DNA from: Euglena gracilis
Lineage: Eukaryota
Reading direction: 5' to 3'
Assembly (NCBI GenBank): GCA_039621445.1
Contig: CP154954.1
Coordinates: 34,829,703 to 34,893,702, forward strand
DNA length: 64,000 nucleotides
Part shown: in pieces, positions 1-11,922 of the stretch
Layout: every line of letters starts with the position of its first letter
Position numbering within the stretch: position 1 is the stretch's first letter
Notes under the pieces: model-generated
Told to the model about the DNA's origin: nothing
The model's database searches: none
Seen by the model: the letters and a program-made list of their open reading frames with translations, nothing else
Position numbers and translations under genes: made by a program

Positions 1-741
1 AGGCAGTGGATGAGAAAAGGTTTTTCCTCGTGAGGGGGCAATCATTCAGTGCGTGGCATTGCATCCCCTTTTTGGTGAATCTTTTATCCTGTCAGTAACC
101 ACATTTTGTGTAATGCTGTGCTCTTTGCTGTTTGCTGGATGGCGCCATGAGCCAACACACATTTGAGGCATATGTTTGCTGGCGGCCATGCGGTCTGGCA
201 GCCTGACGGGGTGGCGGCTTAGTATTCAGTTGCAGGGGAATCAAAACACTGCCCGATGAAGCTTTTTAAAAGGTTTGAATTTGGGTCCCCAGTGAAAATT
301 CTCCTTGCTTGGTGAGTTCGATTCTTTTTGACCCCAAAATTGGCTGAAAATGGCCATGGAAAAGTCAAACAGGACGATTCTTCAAACTTCAAATTTAAAA
401 TGGCCATAAATCGTGCTTGCCGTGGAGTTACAGGAGAAATAAAATCATTGTTAGATGAGACGTTCCAAGGGTTTTGTTTTATCTTTGGCAGCCGGATTCG
501 CATTTAAGCTTTTTTATTTTTATTTTCATTTATTTAGCTATTTATTTTTATTTGCGCACTTGCGCAAATTTCCGATTTTTTTTGATTCTTCTTTGATTCG
601 GTTGTATGGCCCAGGGGGTTTGAAAACACGTTGACAAGAGAGTGCAAAAAAATGAGCGAAATTCTGATTTTGGCAGTGTGACCCCTGGGACTTTGGCAAA
701 AATGGTGTTGTTTTTTGGGGTGTCCGAAAATGGACTTTGTA

Positions 742-995
742 CCCCCCCCCCCTAGTCGTACGACCACCCCTCATTTACGACCACCCCCCGGTCACAGGTT
801 GCAGGTCATGGGGTGTTATGACCACCCCCCCGGTCACAGGTTGCAGGTTACAAAAATTTTAACACCATTTCACCTCTGACCGCCCCCGCATTTACGACCA
901 CCCCCGGGTCACAGGTTGCAGGTTATGGGGGTGTTACGACCACCCCCCCCGGTCACAGGTTGCAGGAACCCGGTCGTACGATTAGGGGGGAGGGG
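742..995. mobile_element. MITE with TA target duplication and internal tandem repeats
   Basis: Terminal inverted repeats CCCC..CTAGTCGTACGACC / GGTCGTACGATTAGGGG, flanked by TA (740-741, 996-997); four internal copies of ACCACCCCCCGGTCACAGGTTGCAGG. Confidence 0.7.
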
Positions 996-1609
996 TACGT
1001 CGAAACCCCTCGGGGGGGGGGGGGGCTGGACTGCAGCTAGTCCAATTTTGGCTAGTGGTATTGCTAGCTAGTGGAATTTTTTTTCCAGTGACCGGCGCAA
1101 AGCGCCAGAATTTTTTTGGGACCCCCAAAAATGGCCAAAAATGCCCGTTTTTGGCCATTTTTGGGATTTTTTTTGGAACAAAACCAGCCAAAAACGTATT
1201 AAAAACCTCATTTCCACCTCGGCGCGCAGCGCCGGAGGAATTTTTTTTCCAGTTGGGGGGACCCCCGGACTCCCCCCCCCCCCCGGGGGAGGGGGTCTAG
1301 CTAGTCCATTTTTTCCAGTGTCCAGCCAATTGGCTAGCCAGCACCCCCCCCCCCCCCCCCGCCCCGGGGGTCCTTGAGCAAAAGCCTGGTGCGGGGAGGA
1401 AGTGCCGGGGGGTGTGGGTGTGGTGTGACCAAGCGGGTGGGAAGGACACAAGGGAAGGAAGTTAAGTGCGGGGTGCTTGGCAAGGGACGCGCAGAGGGGA
1501 AGAAATAGGGTCCGCAGGGAATGAAGGGGACGGGTGTCTCCCACCCAGCTTATACGCGGGGTCTGCACAACCAGTTGTGCGGCAAAGAACCCAGCGGAAG
1601 AAGCCCAAC

Positions 1610-2338
1610 CCTTGAAGGACAAAATTGTGTTTATTTGTGCAATGCGCGCACCAACCAGGCTTGTGCTTAGTCGGGTGCCTACCCCACGGGGGGGGGTGGG
1701 TGCTAGGGGCAGGCACCCCATAGCACCCGATCCGACCCCCCCCCCGGGGGGGGGTAGGGTTTTGGGGGGTGCCTGCCCCTAGCAGGCACCCCCCTCCGAC
1801 CCCGGCGCCGAAGGCGCCGGGGGCCCGGAAAAGGCCATTTTCAATGAAAATTTTCTGGGTCCGGCCCGGACCCCTATCCCCCCCCGGGGGGGGGTGTGCC
1901 TGCTAGGGGCAGGCATCCTATAGCACCCACCACCCCCCCTCCCCCCCCCGGTCGGTAAGCACAAGCATGGCACCAACATGTTTATGTTTATTTGCACATT
2001 TGCGCAAATAAACATAAACATGTCCTTCAAGGATTGGGCTTTAGTACCCATGAAAAACGGCGTGACAAAGAAGCTGTGAGTGCGCAGACCAACGGGCCGT
2101 CCAGTTGGTGGGTTTGTCACACTGTTTGTTGACGGCGCAGGCTTATGGGCGCAAATGCGCACACAAACACAAATTATGTTTTTGCGCGCATTTGCGCAAA
2201 TGCGCAAACAAACATGTTTTTTGTTTTTTTGCGCAAATGCGCAAATAAACACAAAGAAGAACGCTGTGACGGAAACATAACTGTCAAACACCAACAGCAG
2301 ATGTGGTTCATTTGCGCATTCACGTTGTTTGTGGGCGC
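1610..2338. repeat. Foldback-like repeats built from the ATTTGCGCAAAT palindrome
   Basis: Many TTTGCGCAAA(T)/TTTGCGCATTT words; inverted ends CCTTGAAGGACA (1610) / TGTCCTTCAAGG (~2021-2032); family continues at 3409-3540. Confidence 0.65.
1656..1969. mobile_element. Non-autonomous hAT-type MITE
   Basis: TIRs CAGGCTTGTGCTTA / TAAGCACAAGCATG; perfect 8-bp TSD GCACCAAC (1648-1655, 1970-1977). Confidence 0.85.
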
Positions 2339-3408
2339 CAGGCACCTATGGCCGACCAGGGCCGACCAGGGCCGACCAGGGCCGACCAGGGCCGACTATG
2401 ATTTTCAGGACCCCCGTAGGTGGGGGTTCCGACCAGGGCCGACCAGGGCCGACCAGGGCCGACCAGGGCCGACCAGGGCCGACTTGCATGTGATTGGCCG
2501 ACCGAAGGGGAATGGATGAAGGACTTAGGCAGCTTTCCCTCTGAACCAAGCTCCTTTGATGATGCTGGGCGGTGCTGGGCGATGCAGGACGATGCTGGCC
2601 CGGCAGCATCGACCGCGGGTTACCGCGGGTTTCAGGACTGTCATAGGTGGGTTGCCGACCGCAGCCGACCGCAGCCGACCGCAGCCGACCGCAGCCGACC
2701 GTGCAACTTTTTTCCTGACTGATGTCATTTTTTCAGTGAGAATGAGGAATTTTATCCCAGATTTTGAGATTTTTCTGGCTCGTTTGGCTCATGTTGTCAC
2801 TTTTGGCTACTTTTGGCCGCTTTTGGCCACTTTAGGTCGCTTTTGTCCCCTTTTGGCCCATTTGTCACCATAATTCACCAATTTCGACCTATTTTGACAA
2901 TTTTTTGCCACTTTTTGCGCACTTGTTGTAATTTTGGGCCATTTTGTCCTGCTCTGGGGCCATTTTTGACCATTTAAAGCCATTTTCGACCTTTTTTGTT
3001 ATTTTGCCCATTTTTTTGGTCTCTTTTTGGTCCAATTTGACCATTTTTGAGCATTTTGTGCCAGTATATTGTATATTTTGAAAAACTCAACCCATTTTTG
3101 GATAATTTCCCCACAAATCTCCAGTTTTACACCCATTTTGGCCATTACGGATCAGTTTTTGCTAACTGATCCGTACTTTTGCCATTTGTCACTGATTTGG
3201 CAAATATTGGGCTAATTTGGGTCAATGTGAGCATATTTTATGGTATTTTGGCCATTTTATGCCCTTTTGGTAATTTTGGGTCATTTTTCACAATCTTTTT
3301 TTCTGTGACGATACCCCCACCTATGGCCGACTATTTGCCGACCAGGGCCGACCAGGGCCGATCAGGGCCGACCAGAGCACCAAAATGGGAAGTGACCATA
3401 GGTGCCTG
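2339..3408. mobile_element. Non-autonomous hAT-type DNA transposon with 10-mer subterminal repeats
   Basis: TIR CAGGCACCTATGG / CCATAGGTGCCTG; 8-bp TSD GTGGGCGC (2331-2338, 3409-3416); tandem ACCAGGGCCG and ACCGCAGCCG arrays; T-rich core. Confidence 0.85.
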
Positions 3409-3912
3409 GTGGGCGCAAATGCGCAAATAAACTGCATGAAGAAACTGCACAATTTGCATCTGGTTTATTTGCGCATTTGCCCCAAAAAGCAACGTGATGC
3501 GCGCAAATGCACAAATGAACAACCAATGGAGAAGTAAAAATTGGCCACCTAAGACCTGTGCAAAGAACATCAAGCGTGTTGATTTGTGCTCGCCTGCATC
3601 GACGTGGGTGTTGCGGTGTTCTGAACCTCACAATTGAAAATTTTCTAAGTCCCCCCAAGCAGAAATGTGTATACCCGATATCAATTTTTCCGCAATTTTT
3701 CCGCAATTTCCGCAATTTTTCCGCAATTTTCCCGCAATTTTTCCGAAGGCCTCCGATATCAATTCCCCCCCCCCTGTATTATGGTGCCATTTTTGGACCA
3801 TTGACAGGTCCCAAAAAAGATGGAGACAGATGATTTCCTGAAGGTGGGTGCGCAGCCACCCAGTAATGGTACATCTCCACCGGCACCAATTTTTGGGTCC
3901 CAAGGGCCCTAC

Positions 3913-4774
3913 CAGGGTTTGATATCATACATCTCTCTAAGGTTTTGCGAACCCCCCGGGGGGGGGGGCGGCTGCAGCCAGCCCCGATTTGGGCCCAGCC
4001 CAGCCGCAGCAGCACCCCCCCCCCCCCCCGGGGGGTGCTGCTAGCCCAGCTAGCCAGCCCCTTTTTTGGGGGTCCAGCACAAAATTTTTCGGCGCGAAGC
4101 GCCGAAATTTTTTGAAAAATTGTCTTCAAAAGTGGGCAAAAATGGGGTTTGGGGGGCGTTTGGGGCATTTTTGGGGGGTTTCAGATGCATCATTTTTTCA
4201 AAACTGTGTTCTGCAGGTCATTTTTGGGCATTTTTCCAATTTCAGTCCAGCTCGCTCCGGTTCGGGTCCAGCCGGGGCCTAGCCCCCCCCCGGGGGGGGG
4301 GGGGGCGGGCTAGCCAGCCCAAATTTCTAGCCAGCCCAAATTTCTAGCCCTAGCCCAGCACCCCCCCCGGGGTCCTTAAAGAGATGTATGTTTGATATAA
4401 GGAGGGCGTACATGGTTTAGGTGGGGGGGGTGTCCCCCCCACACCCCCCCCCCCCTCCTGGCCCGCAGGGGGGTCCGGATCCCCCCCACACCTGCCAGGG
4501 GGGTCCGGACCGACCCTCGGGGGGGGGGGGTTCCGGGACCCCCCCAAAAGGGTCAATTTTTTCCTGCGGCGCTTTGCGCCGAAAATTTTTTGCATTTTGG
4601 CACATTTTTGCCCAAAAAGTGCCCAAAATGGCACTTTTGGTCGTTTTGGGGGGTCAAAAATTTTCGGTAACCCAGACCGCGCAACTGTTTAGGTGGGGGG
4701 GTGCCCCTCACCCCCCCCCCTCCTGGCCCGCAGGGGGGTCCGGACCCCCCCACCTGTCCTTATATCGAACCCTG
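3913..4774. mobile_element. hAT-type MITE (outer)
   Basis: TIR CAGGGTTTGATATAAGG (rebuilt after removing the nested MITE) / CCTTATATCGAACCCTG; TSD GGCCCTAC / GGCCCTGC (7 of 8 match). Confidence 0.8.
3926..4390. mobile_element. hAT-type MITE nested in the TIR of the outer MITE
   Basis: TIR CATACATCTCTCTAAGG / CCTTAAAGAGATGTATG; 8-bp TSD TTTGATAT (3918-3925, 4391-4398). Confidence 0.85.
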
Positions 4775-5489
4775 GGCCCTGCCACTGGCCCGCGACCTCG
4801 GCTCCGCTTCTGCAGCCACATCAGCTGCTAATACTTCAGCACCCACCAGACCGGCATCGATCTTCCCGGTGCAACAACACCCAGCTTTAGCGGCCACGTT
4901 ATTCCCCGCAGTCGGGGTGTGAGACTGGGGGGACAATGTGGTGCCAGTCCATGGCAACCAGCAGCCGGAGAAAGGTGGCCCTCAAACACCCATTGCTTTG
5001 GGTGTAAGGAAGTCTTGAACCTTCACCACTGGATTGGTCGCATCAAAGCTGTGCGACTCATCCCCCCCAAATTATGCACAAAAATTGGTGTGTTTTACAT
5101 TTTTCAAGGGAAAAATGGTGGAGAATAACCATAAAACGGATTACGGCCCGACACGTCCCAGGTGTTTCAGGTGCCAAATATTGACTTCTTGTAACGTAGT
5201 CCTGTTGCAGAAAAGGTGTCGAACAGTCACAGGTCGTTTGCATGTCATCATTTCATTACGTTTAACTGCCAAACGGATGACGCCAAAACAACAGGCCGTT
5301 CGGGCCAGGGAACAGCAGTGCAAATGTACACACGTAAGGCCGGCAAATTTTGGCCAGTGAGATGCCATGTTCCAGTGAACATTACACACTACCTCTCACC
5401 ACAAATTTCATCACCACGTAATCGTGGTGCAACTCAATGGTTGGCGTAAGGAATTGCGTTCGCCAGCTTTCACAGACGAGGAGATGGTA

Positions 5490-6075
5490 TCTCACAACCG
5501 ATGTTTTGTTCATTTGCGCAAATAAACAAACTTTGTTTGTGTGCGTTAAGGCTCGCTGAAACACATCACTTTGAAGCGGTTTATTAAATGTTTATTTGCG
5601 CATTTGCACAAATGCGCGCACAAACGTAATTGTGTTTATTTGCGCAATTGCGCGCACCAACACGCCCGTCACGTTTTAAAACCTCGTAGTGTCATGGTCC
5701 TCTTTGGTGTCTTTTAACATGGAAAATAAAAATACATGTTTATTTGCGCATTTGCGCAAATAAACATAATTTTATTTGTGCGCGCATTTGCGCAAATGCG
5801 CCCGCAAAAAAATTTGTTTATGGGCGCATTTGCGCAAATAAAACACAAAACATTGAAAATAAAAATACATGTTTATTTGCGCATTTGCGCAAATAAACAT
5901 AATTTTATTTGTGCGCGCATTTACGCAAATGCGCCCGCAAATAAAATTTGTTTATGGGCGCATTTGCGCCCACAAACATGTATTTTTATTTTCAATGTTT
6001 TGCGTTTTATTTGCGCAAATGCGCCCATAAACATATTTTTTTTATTTGCGCAATTGCGCCCACAAACACACATCA
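5490..6075. repeat. ATTTGCGCAAAT-rich palindromic/tandem repeat cluster
   Basis: Repeated AAAATAAAAATACATGTTTATTTGCGCATTTGCGCAAATAAACATAATTTT units (~5724, ~5856) and an inverted copy near 5975-6040. Confidence 0.7.
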
Positions 6076-6705
6076 GTTGTGTGACGGCTGGGGAACGTAG
6101 TCTGTGGTGTGTGATGTAATGAGGCTTCGTGTGTTCTTACCGGCGGCGGCAGTATCCAAGCCAGTTCAGCCAGGACTTCATCACCATTTCTAAGTGTCGT
6201 AACAAGGGGTGTGTGCCTCTCTCCTGTTTGATGTACAAGAGCACCAATCTCACCCTCCGCCCTCTCTGCGTCACACGGTAAGTAACATGCGTACCAAACC
6301 ACCGGGAGTTACATCCCCTCAAGAATGGGGTGTAACAGTTCATATCTGTGTCAAGGTACAGGGTCCAGGAATTTCGTAAAATTTATGTATTTGCGCAAAT
6401 GCGCAAATTCTAAAGGAAAAACCCTTAAGTGCGAATCCGGCCACCTAAGTTATGTCGCCAGGCATTTCCTTTGATTTTGCTTCAGTTCTGAGAAATTTTG
6501 GAAAAATCAATCTCCCCCCAAACAACCCGAAAACACCCAAAATGGCCAATTTGGCCTACAAAAAAAAACAACCAGAATTCGGGTCAGGTGTGTCGGCTGC
6601 CAAAAGGGTGCACGGGGGGATGCACTTCCAGGATGGTTTGGTTTGTGTCTCAAAGTGCATATTTTTCATTGCTGGATTTCAAGTGACCTCAACTGTTTTT
6701 TGCAG

Positions 6706-6783
6706 GTGGCATGATGCCCCCACCTGGAATGCCACCTCCACCAGGAATGCCCAATATGGGCATGATGGGTCGCGGAATGCCAG
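6706..6783 (+). CDS. Penultimate coding exon of host gene with Pro/Met/Gly-rich C-terminus (GMMPPPGMPPPPGMPNMGMMGRGMP)
   Basis: Acceptor tttttgcAG at 6705, donor GT at 6784; phase 1-1, 78 bp; in frame with the exon at 8299. Confidence 0.75.
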
Positions 6784-7727
6784 GTGTTTGACTTGCACAC
6801 TGCACGGCTAGAACCGGGGGGTTTCCTGAGTGGAAAAGAATATCCCCCGCTGGTGTGCCTCAAGGTGGAAATGAGGGTTTAATGTTATTTTTGGCTGATT
6901 TTGTTCCAACGGCCGAAACCGGGTATTTTTGGACATTTTTGGAGGACCAAATTTTTTCCCGGCGCTTGCCAATTTTTTTCTTTGCGCTGGCCACTGGAAA
7001 AAAATTCCATTAGCCCTGGTCCCCCAAAATAAGGGGATATGGATTGGCATTCATCAAGTTTCCCCATCTGTCCCAGACGCAACGTGCCTTCGCAAGCATT
7101 TATTTTTGGAACGTTGTCAAAACTTGCCAAAATTCTTTAAATTATCGGGACATTTTGGTTTTGTTTAATCAGTTATTCATTTTTTGTAGTTATCAGACAG
7201 AGATTTATCACAAATTCGTGCCATGAACAATCACTGATGATCATGAACCAGCATAATCACGAATAATCGCAAATGACCATGACAGATTTTTGGCTTTTGG
7301 GGGGAAGGGATGACCAGGGCAAATTTGGGGTCATTAATCAATTCTTGTTTTTTGTGTAATCAGCAGTTTTTTTTGGCACATTTTTTCGGTTTCATGTTTT
7401 GCTACTCTGTTTGAATCTGAGTCAAGCCCAGTTCCAGCCATAAGCTTTTTTTGCGCTGAAAATTTTTTAAAAAATGCCCCAAAATGACCAAGGATGAGAA
7501 TGGGCTTTGGGTTTTTGGGCGATTTTTTTTGGGTTGTCAGATGCTCATTTCTTTTCAACACAGTGTTTTGCGGGTCATTTTTTGTGCAGTTGTCCGATTT
7601 TGGCACCCTGGCCCGGGGGGGGCAAGCATTGCGTAAAAACCAGCGACTGACACGCAAACTGTTTGTGTCAAGGGAATTTTATTCACTTTTTTTGTTGTTC
7701 ATGTCGAACCATAGAATCAGTCATATA

Positions 7728-7916
7728 CCCTCACCCCCCCCCCCCCCCCGGGGCAGTGGCCACCCTCCAGGTACCGTGAGACCCCAAAATGGCCACTCTG
7801 AGGGTGGGGACACCTGGGGGGGGGTCAAAATCAGCACCGAAGGAAAATCTCCACTTTGCGGAGGGAGTAATCACAAAATTTGCCAAATTTTTTAGTCACT
7901 TTGTGGGGGGTGAGGG
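7728..7916. mobile_element. Small MITE with TA target duplication
   Basis: TIR CCCTCACCCCCC / GGGGGGTGAGGG with TA on both sides. Confidence 0.55.
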
Positions 7917-8298
7917 TAGTCACTGCCCTCAGACAGAGTTTTGGAGGAAAATCCTACAAGCAATGGCTGCATTGTGTGGAACCGGAAGAAGAGGCTACTT
8001 TTTCTGTTTTTTTGGGAGATTCCCTCCTGGTTGGGATTTGAGTGGCTGCTTTGTCTTTTTTGAAAGTGGAAGGCGACCATTGAGGGGTGGGGGATGATTT
8101 GCCCCCCATCAACCTTCTTGTGGGCTCAATCTCAATAGTTTTGGTGGTTGCTTTTCTGAACAGTCAAAAAAAAATCGGAACCCTTTGATGAAGATGCCCT
8201 AAAACATATTTTTGAGGAGCATTTTGGTGGAGACAATGGTGGAGTTTTGCATTCTGAATCAAGCTCCCTCGCGCTCCCCCCTCTCTCCTTATCGACAG

Positions 8299-8405
8299 GA
8301 AAAGGGATGCCTCCTCCGCCGGGGATGCCGGGGATGCCACCGCCTGGAATGGCAGGGATGCCTGGCCTACCACCGGGCATGCCACCACCTCCAGGGCGGC
8401 GTTGA
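8299..8405 (+). CDS. Terminal coding exon (GKGMPPPPGMPGMPPPGMAGMPGLPPGMPPPPGRR*), SmB/B'-like or other spliceosomal PPPGM tail
   Basis: Pyrimidine tract plus cAG at 8298; split codon G|GA keeps the frame from the 6706-6783 exon; TGA at 8403-8405. PPPGM repeats are typical of SmB, U1C and SF3B4 tails. Confidence 0.75.
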
Positions 8406-9083
8406 CACACTCCCGTTGGATTTTTTGACTTTGTGCTGCAGCACCGGCTGCGCGTGCAATCATTTCTCAATCAACTGTGGATCTGCACCTGTCTCTTTGG
8501 CCCAGAAAACTTTGCTGCATTTGCCGCATTTGGGGTTTTGCTTATGCTGGCGTTTGAATCAGCCACCTTCCAATGTTTCCCTAACTGCCTGATTTGGGGG
8601 GGGGGTTGACGCAAACCCACTGAAAACATCAATAAAATGGCAACAAGACTGGAAACTGTGGAACAAATGAAAAGAAAAATTTTTTTGGTCTTCCCCAACA
8701 ATGCTGTCTTCCTCCGAAGGGAAAGAGGAGGGCCCGGCGCGCTCCGGCGACAACAGGCATTTCGCAGCAACGCCTGGCTCAGCGCGCCAAAATCGACAAA
8801 GAAAACCGCCGGCGGACAAGGCTATGGCCGCACAAGGGCAGAGTGTGGAGCCCGAGGTTTCCGGTATCACCAAATTCGGCACTGAGCAGGGACTCCTAAC
8901 CGAGCGCGAAAATACAACGCAGACAGACAACACTGCCGGCGAACGACGCATGGCATCACAGCGGCAAGGTTTGGACCTCAAGGTGTCGCTGCTCTTTTTT
9001 AGGACCATAGTCCTTTTGCGACAGCCCGTCGCTTGGGACATAAGACTCTGGCAGCCACCCATTCCACTCTACAGACAAAATGG

Positions 9084-9210
9084 CACCTCGGGCTCCGCAT
9101 TTTGCCATTGTGAGGCCATGCCTTGCTCGCCGGCGGTTTGTTGTGCGATTGGTCGCTGCGCTGGGTTAGGAGGTCCCGCTTAGTGCCTTTTTTCGCCGGA
9201 GTTGGCTGAT
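9084..9210 (+). repeat. DIRS left inverted terminal repeat
   Basis: CACCTCGGGCTCCGCATTTTGCCATTGTGAGGCCA matches the ICR half at ~33096-33130; the rest matches 32787-32887. Confidence 0.8.
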
Positions 9211-9373
9211 TCCTAAATTGCCCTTCGACACCCAGAAGAAAGGAAAAGAGTTCACGAACGAAGAAGAACCAAGAAAAGAAGCCAATATCAATTCAATATA
9301 CAGAAGGACACGAACCAGACGAATATCAAATCAAAAGTCAATTATCAAATTTCGAATTTGACTTCAATGAACA

Positions 9374-10110
9374 ATGCAGTTGAGAAGAAATTGGAATTTC
9401 ACGGCCGCGGACGTCGTGGTGCAGATGCCGCAGCAGCTGGTGAACTTGGAGATGCGGTCATCACGTGGCAAACCGTGGCCGTTCTTCCCACCCAGCCCCC
9501 CACCCCAGAAATTTCCCAGCCCAAAACCCCCCCCCAGTGACGGCCACGGTCCTTGGACCACAGTGGCCAGAAGGCCCAGAAGACAGAAGCCAGCACCAGC
9601 CCTTTGTGGGCAAAGAATGGGCCATGGGGGCCCAAAATGCTTCAAATGCAAAATGCTTGGCCAATCAAAGCCCACACATCAGGGGCATCTCCCCCAAAGG
9701 CGCCCAGCAGCCTGGGCACAAATTGGTCAGAAGATGGGGAGATGGAATCAAGGCCAAGGAGGTCAACACCACAGGGGCCATGGGGGCCAGTTTTTCAAGC
9801 AAATCCCCTCAGGAAGGGGCAGAAAAGGTCTGTCCAACCCCCCCAATTCATCTATCACAACAGCCCCTCTCAAGGGGACAAGGGGGGGCCACAGCAGCCC
9901 CCCCAGATTTCCAATGGGGTTGGAGGCCAAGAAGAAATCAAGGCCTGGAAGACCCCAAGATGGATTATGGAAAAAAATTTATACATGGAAACCTTGGAGA
10001 CCAGCAGGGTGGACCCACAGTGGCCACCAAGAAGCTAAAGCACCGGCAGGGTGGACCCACAGTGGCCACCAAGAAGCTAAGGCAGCTGCTGGAGAAATCC
10101 CCCGAGGGAC
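9374..10110 (+). pseudogene. gag: DIRS gag-like ORF, cut by the TRIM insertion
   Basis: Pro-rich region, degenerate knuckle CFKCKMLG; GGACCCACAGTGGCC repeats continue after the insertion at 19831. Confidence 0.55.
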
Positions 10111-10443
10111 TGTATACGTTGGTCGTCACCACCCGCCGTTGGACGGCCACAGGGCAGCTCATACTGCTTGCCGTGGCACGCCCTCAGGCGGGGAACTACA
10201 CCCAAGGTCCGGCCAACCAGTGTCTCGTCCTTGGGCGCAGTTACACGCGCCGGTCGATCCCCGCGGTATGCCCTCTGCCCGTACGGGATCGACCAGGACT
10301 CACACGGCGGGACCTGGGTCTCGAACCCACGACCTCCCGCGTGTGAGCCCAGCACCTTACCGAATAAGCTACTCGAGCGATACTCGGCTTGGTACTACGC
10401 GCCGGCTACCAACCTCCGTAGGATCTCCCGTCTGCCGCACACA
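10111..10443 (-). repeat. TRIM 3' LTR
   Basis: Direct repeat of 19498-19830; two substitutions seen (TTGGGC vs TTATGC). Confidence 0.93.
10305..10378 (-). pseudogene. tRNA-derived segment (Val-CAC-like) with Pol III A/B boxes inside the TRIM LTR
   Basis: Minus strand GCTCGAG-TAGCTTATTCGGTAAGG-TGCTGGG-CTCACAC-GCGGG-AGGTC-GTGGGTTCGAGACCCAG: A box, CT-CAC-A loop, AGGTC variable loop, T arm/B box. Acceptor and anticodon stems are degenerate. Confidence 0.75.
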
Positions 10444-10781
10444 CTCCCCTCCCAAGAGCCTTACTACACAAGCCCACTGCGTCACTATGGCCGTGGCCCC
10501 TGCAGCTCGGGTTATGCCTCACACGGCCCTAGTTGACTGAGTGCCTCTCACGAGTACTGCGTCACCAGGCTGCCGACCCCTGCAGCTCGGGTTTGCTATT
10601 GCCGGCAGTTTACGTGTTGTCGACTTCCACGGGCTCTGCCGCCTTGGAGCGTCCCCCTTGGCATCGGCTTGAGACTTTGGAACGGTGTAGGAGTTTCAGT
10701 CGCCCTAGACTCGGCGCGTCCGCCTCCGCCTTCCGGGCGCCGTGGGGTCAGGCTCTGATTTCCCGGTTCGTGTGACATTAG

Positions 10782-11099
10782 AGTGTACGTCTGATTCCCA
10801 ATTCCCCTTTCCCAATTCCCAAAAGCCTTCGCTTTCGCCTTGGCGCACCTACTTGGGAACTGAAAATCAGAGTAACAGTAAAAACCCTTTTCCCACTTCC
10901 CAAGAAGCAAAGCACGGAGCAATGCAGGGAGGACGGACTGGATAACCAAGTCCGGTCCGGAGAAAAGGAAAGACAAACAGAATATAAAAGAATACCACCT
11001 GTGGAGAGAGAAGGGGCACCCATTAGGAGATCCTAATAGGATCTGCTTCCATCCTAACTTCCTCAACGGAAGGGGACAGAAGCATACGCCTGGTACACA
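10782..11099 (-). repeat. Family C 3' LTR
   Basis: Matches 19155-19472 (two substitutions seen) and 45316-45631 (more diverged). Confidence 0.92.
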
Positions 11100-11922
11100 T
11101 CCCCCTCCCAGGGCTATGCCCGATTTCCCCTTTGGACCAGGCATTCTGGCCACAGGGATTTCGGACACAGACCTGGTCTGTGGGAGGTGCACCCTGGCGC
11201 ATCCACAGGGGCCCTTTCCGTCGCACAGGGGTCCACTCAAAGGGGGGGGGCGGAAAGGGGGCGGACCCAAAAAGCCCAAAACGCGCAAAATGGTTTCACC
11301 TATTTTGCGGTGGCTTATGGGTGTATAGTATATTATAGCCCACTGGGGAAAATGGGGCTGGCAGGTTTCCTTGCCAAGCAAACCCATCCACCCAGTTTGG
11401 GTGTGCCAAAGGCACTTGGGGTTGGTCCATGGGCATTCCAGGAAAACCCATGGGGAGGGTGTGGAAGGAGGGGGCCTCTGACCAGTCAAACCTGGGCAGG
11501 GCGCATGGCCAGTCAAACCTGACCACGCAAAAGGAAATCCTACTCTACAAAACCAACTGCCGGCGACAGCATTTGCCCCGGGGGGAAAGTAGAGAGGAGT
11601 GGGGGGTTGTCTTAGGCCAGAAAAATGGTGCTGTCTGGCAGCCTTAAGGCCTCAAACGGCCGAAAATAAAAGAAAGGGAAAGGAAAAGAGGCCGTCGGCC
11701 CTGTGCGCTGCGTGTCGCACGCCCGCGAGAGGGGAGAGGCGAGAGGGGTGTGCATGCATGCGCACGGAATCCTGCACATGGCAGCATCCCGGTGGGAACT
11801 TACTAGCGGCGAATACCGCAAAGAGTCTTCGAAGGGGCTGTTCGGGCGAATACCCAAACAGGGTGTCAGGCGAATACCTGACGAGGGTCCTGAAAGGCGC
11901 CGCATTGGCGCTGACAGACACC

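Noticed and set aside
3820-4922. Further host exon split by MITEs
   Set aside because: The rejoined sequence gives no recognisable protein or convincing splice pair.
8701-9083. Short ORF upstream of the DIRS
   Set aside because: No recognisable motif; it reads into the ITR.
10305-10378. Functional tRNA-Val gene
   Set aside because: Acceptor and anticodon stems are mispaired, and it lies within both LTRs.
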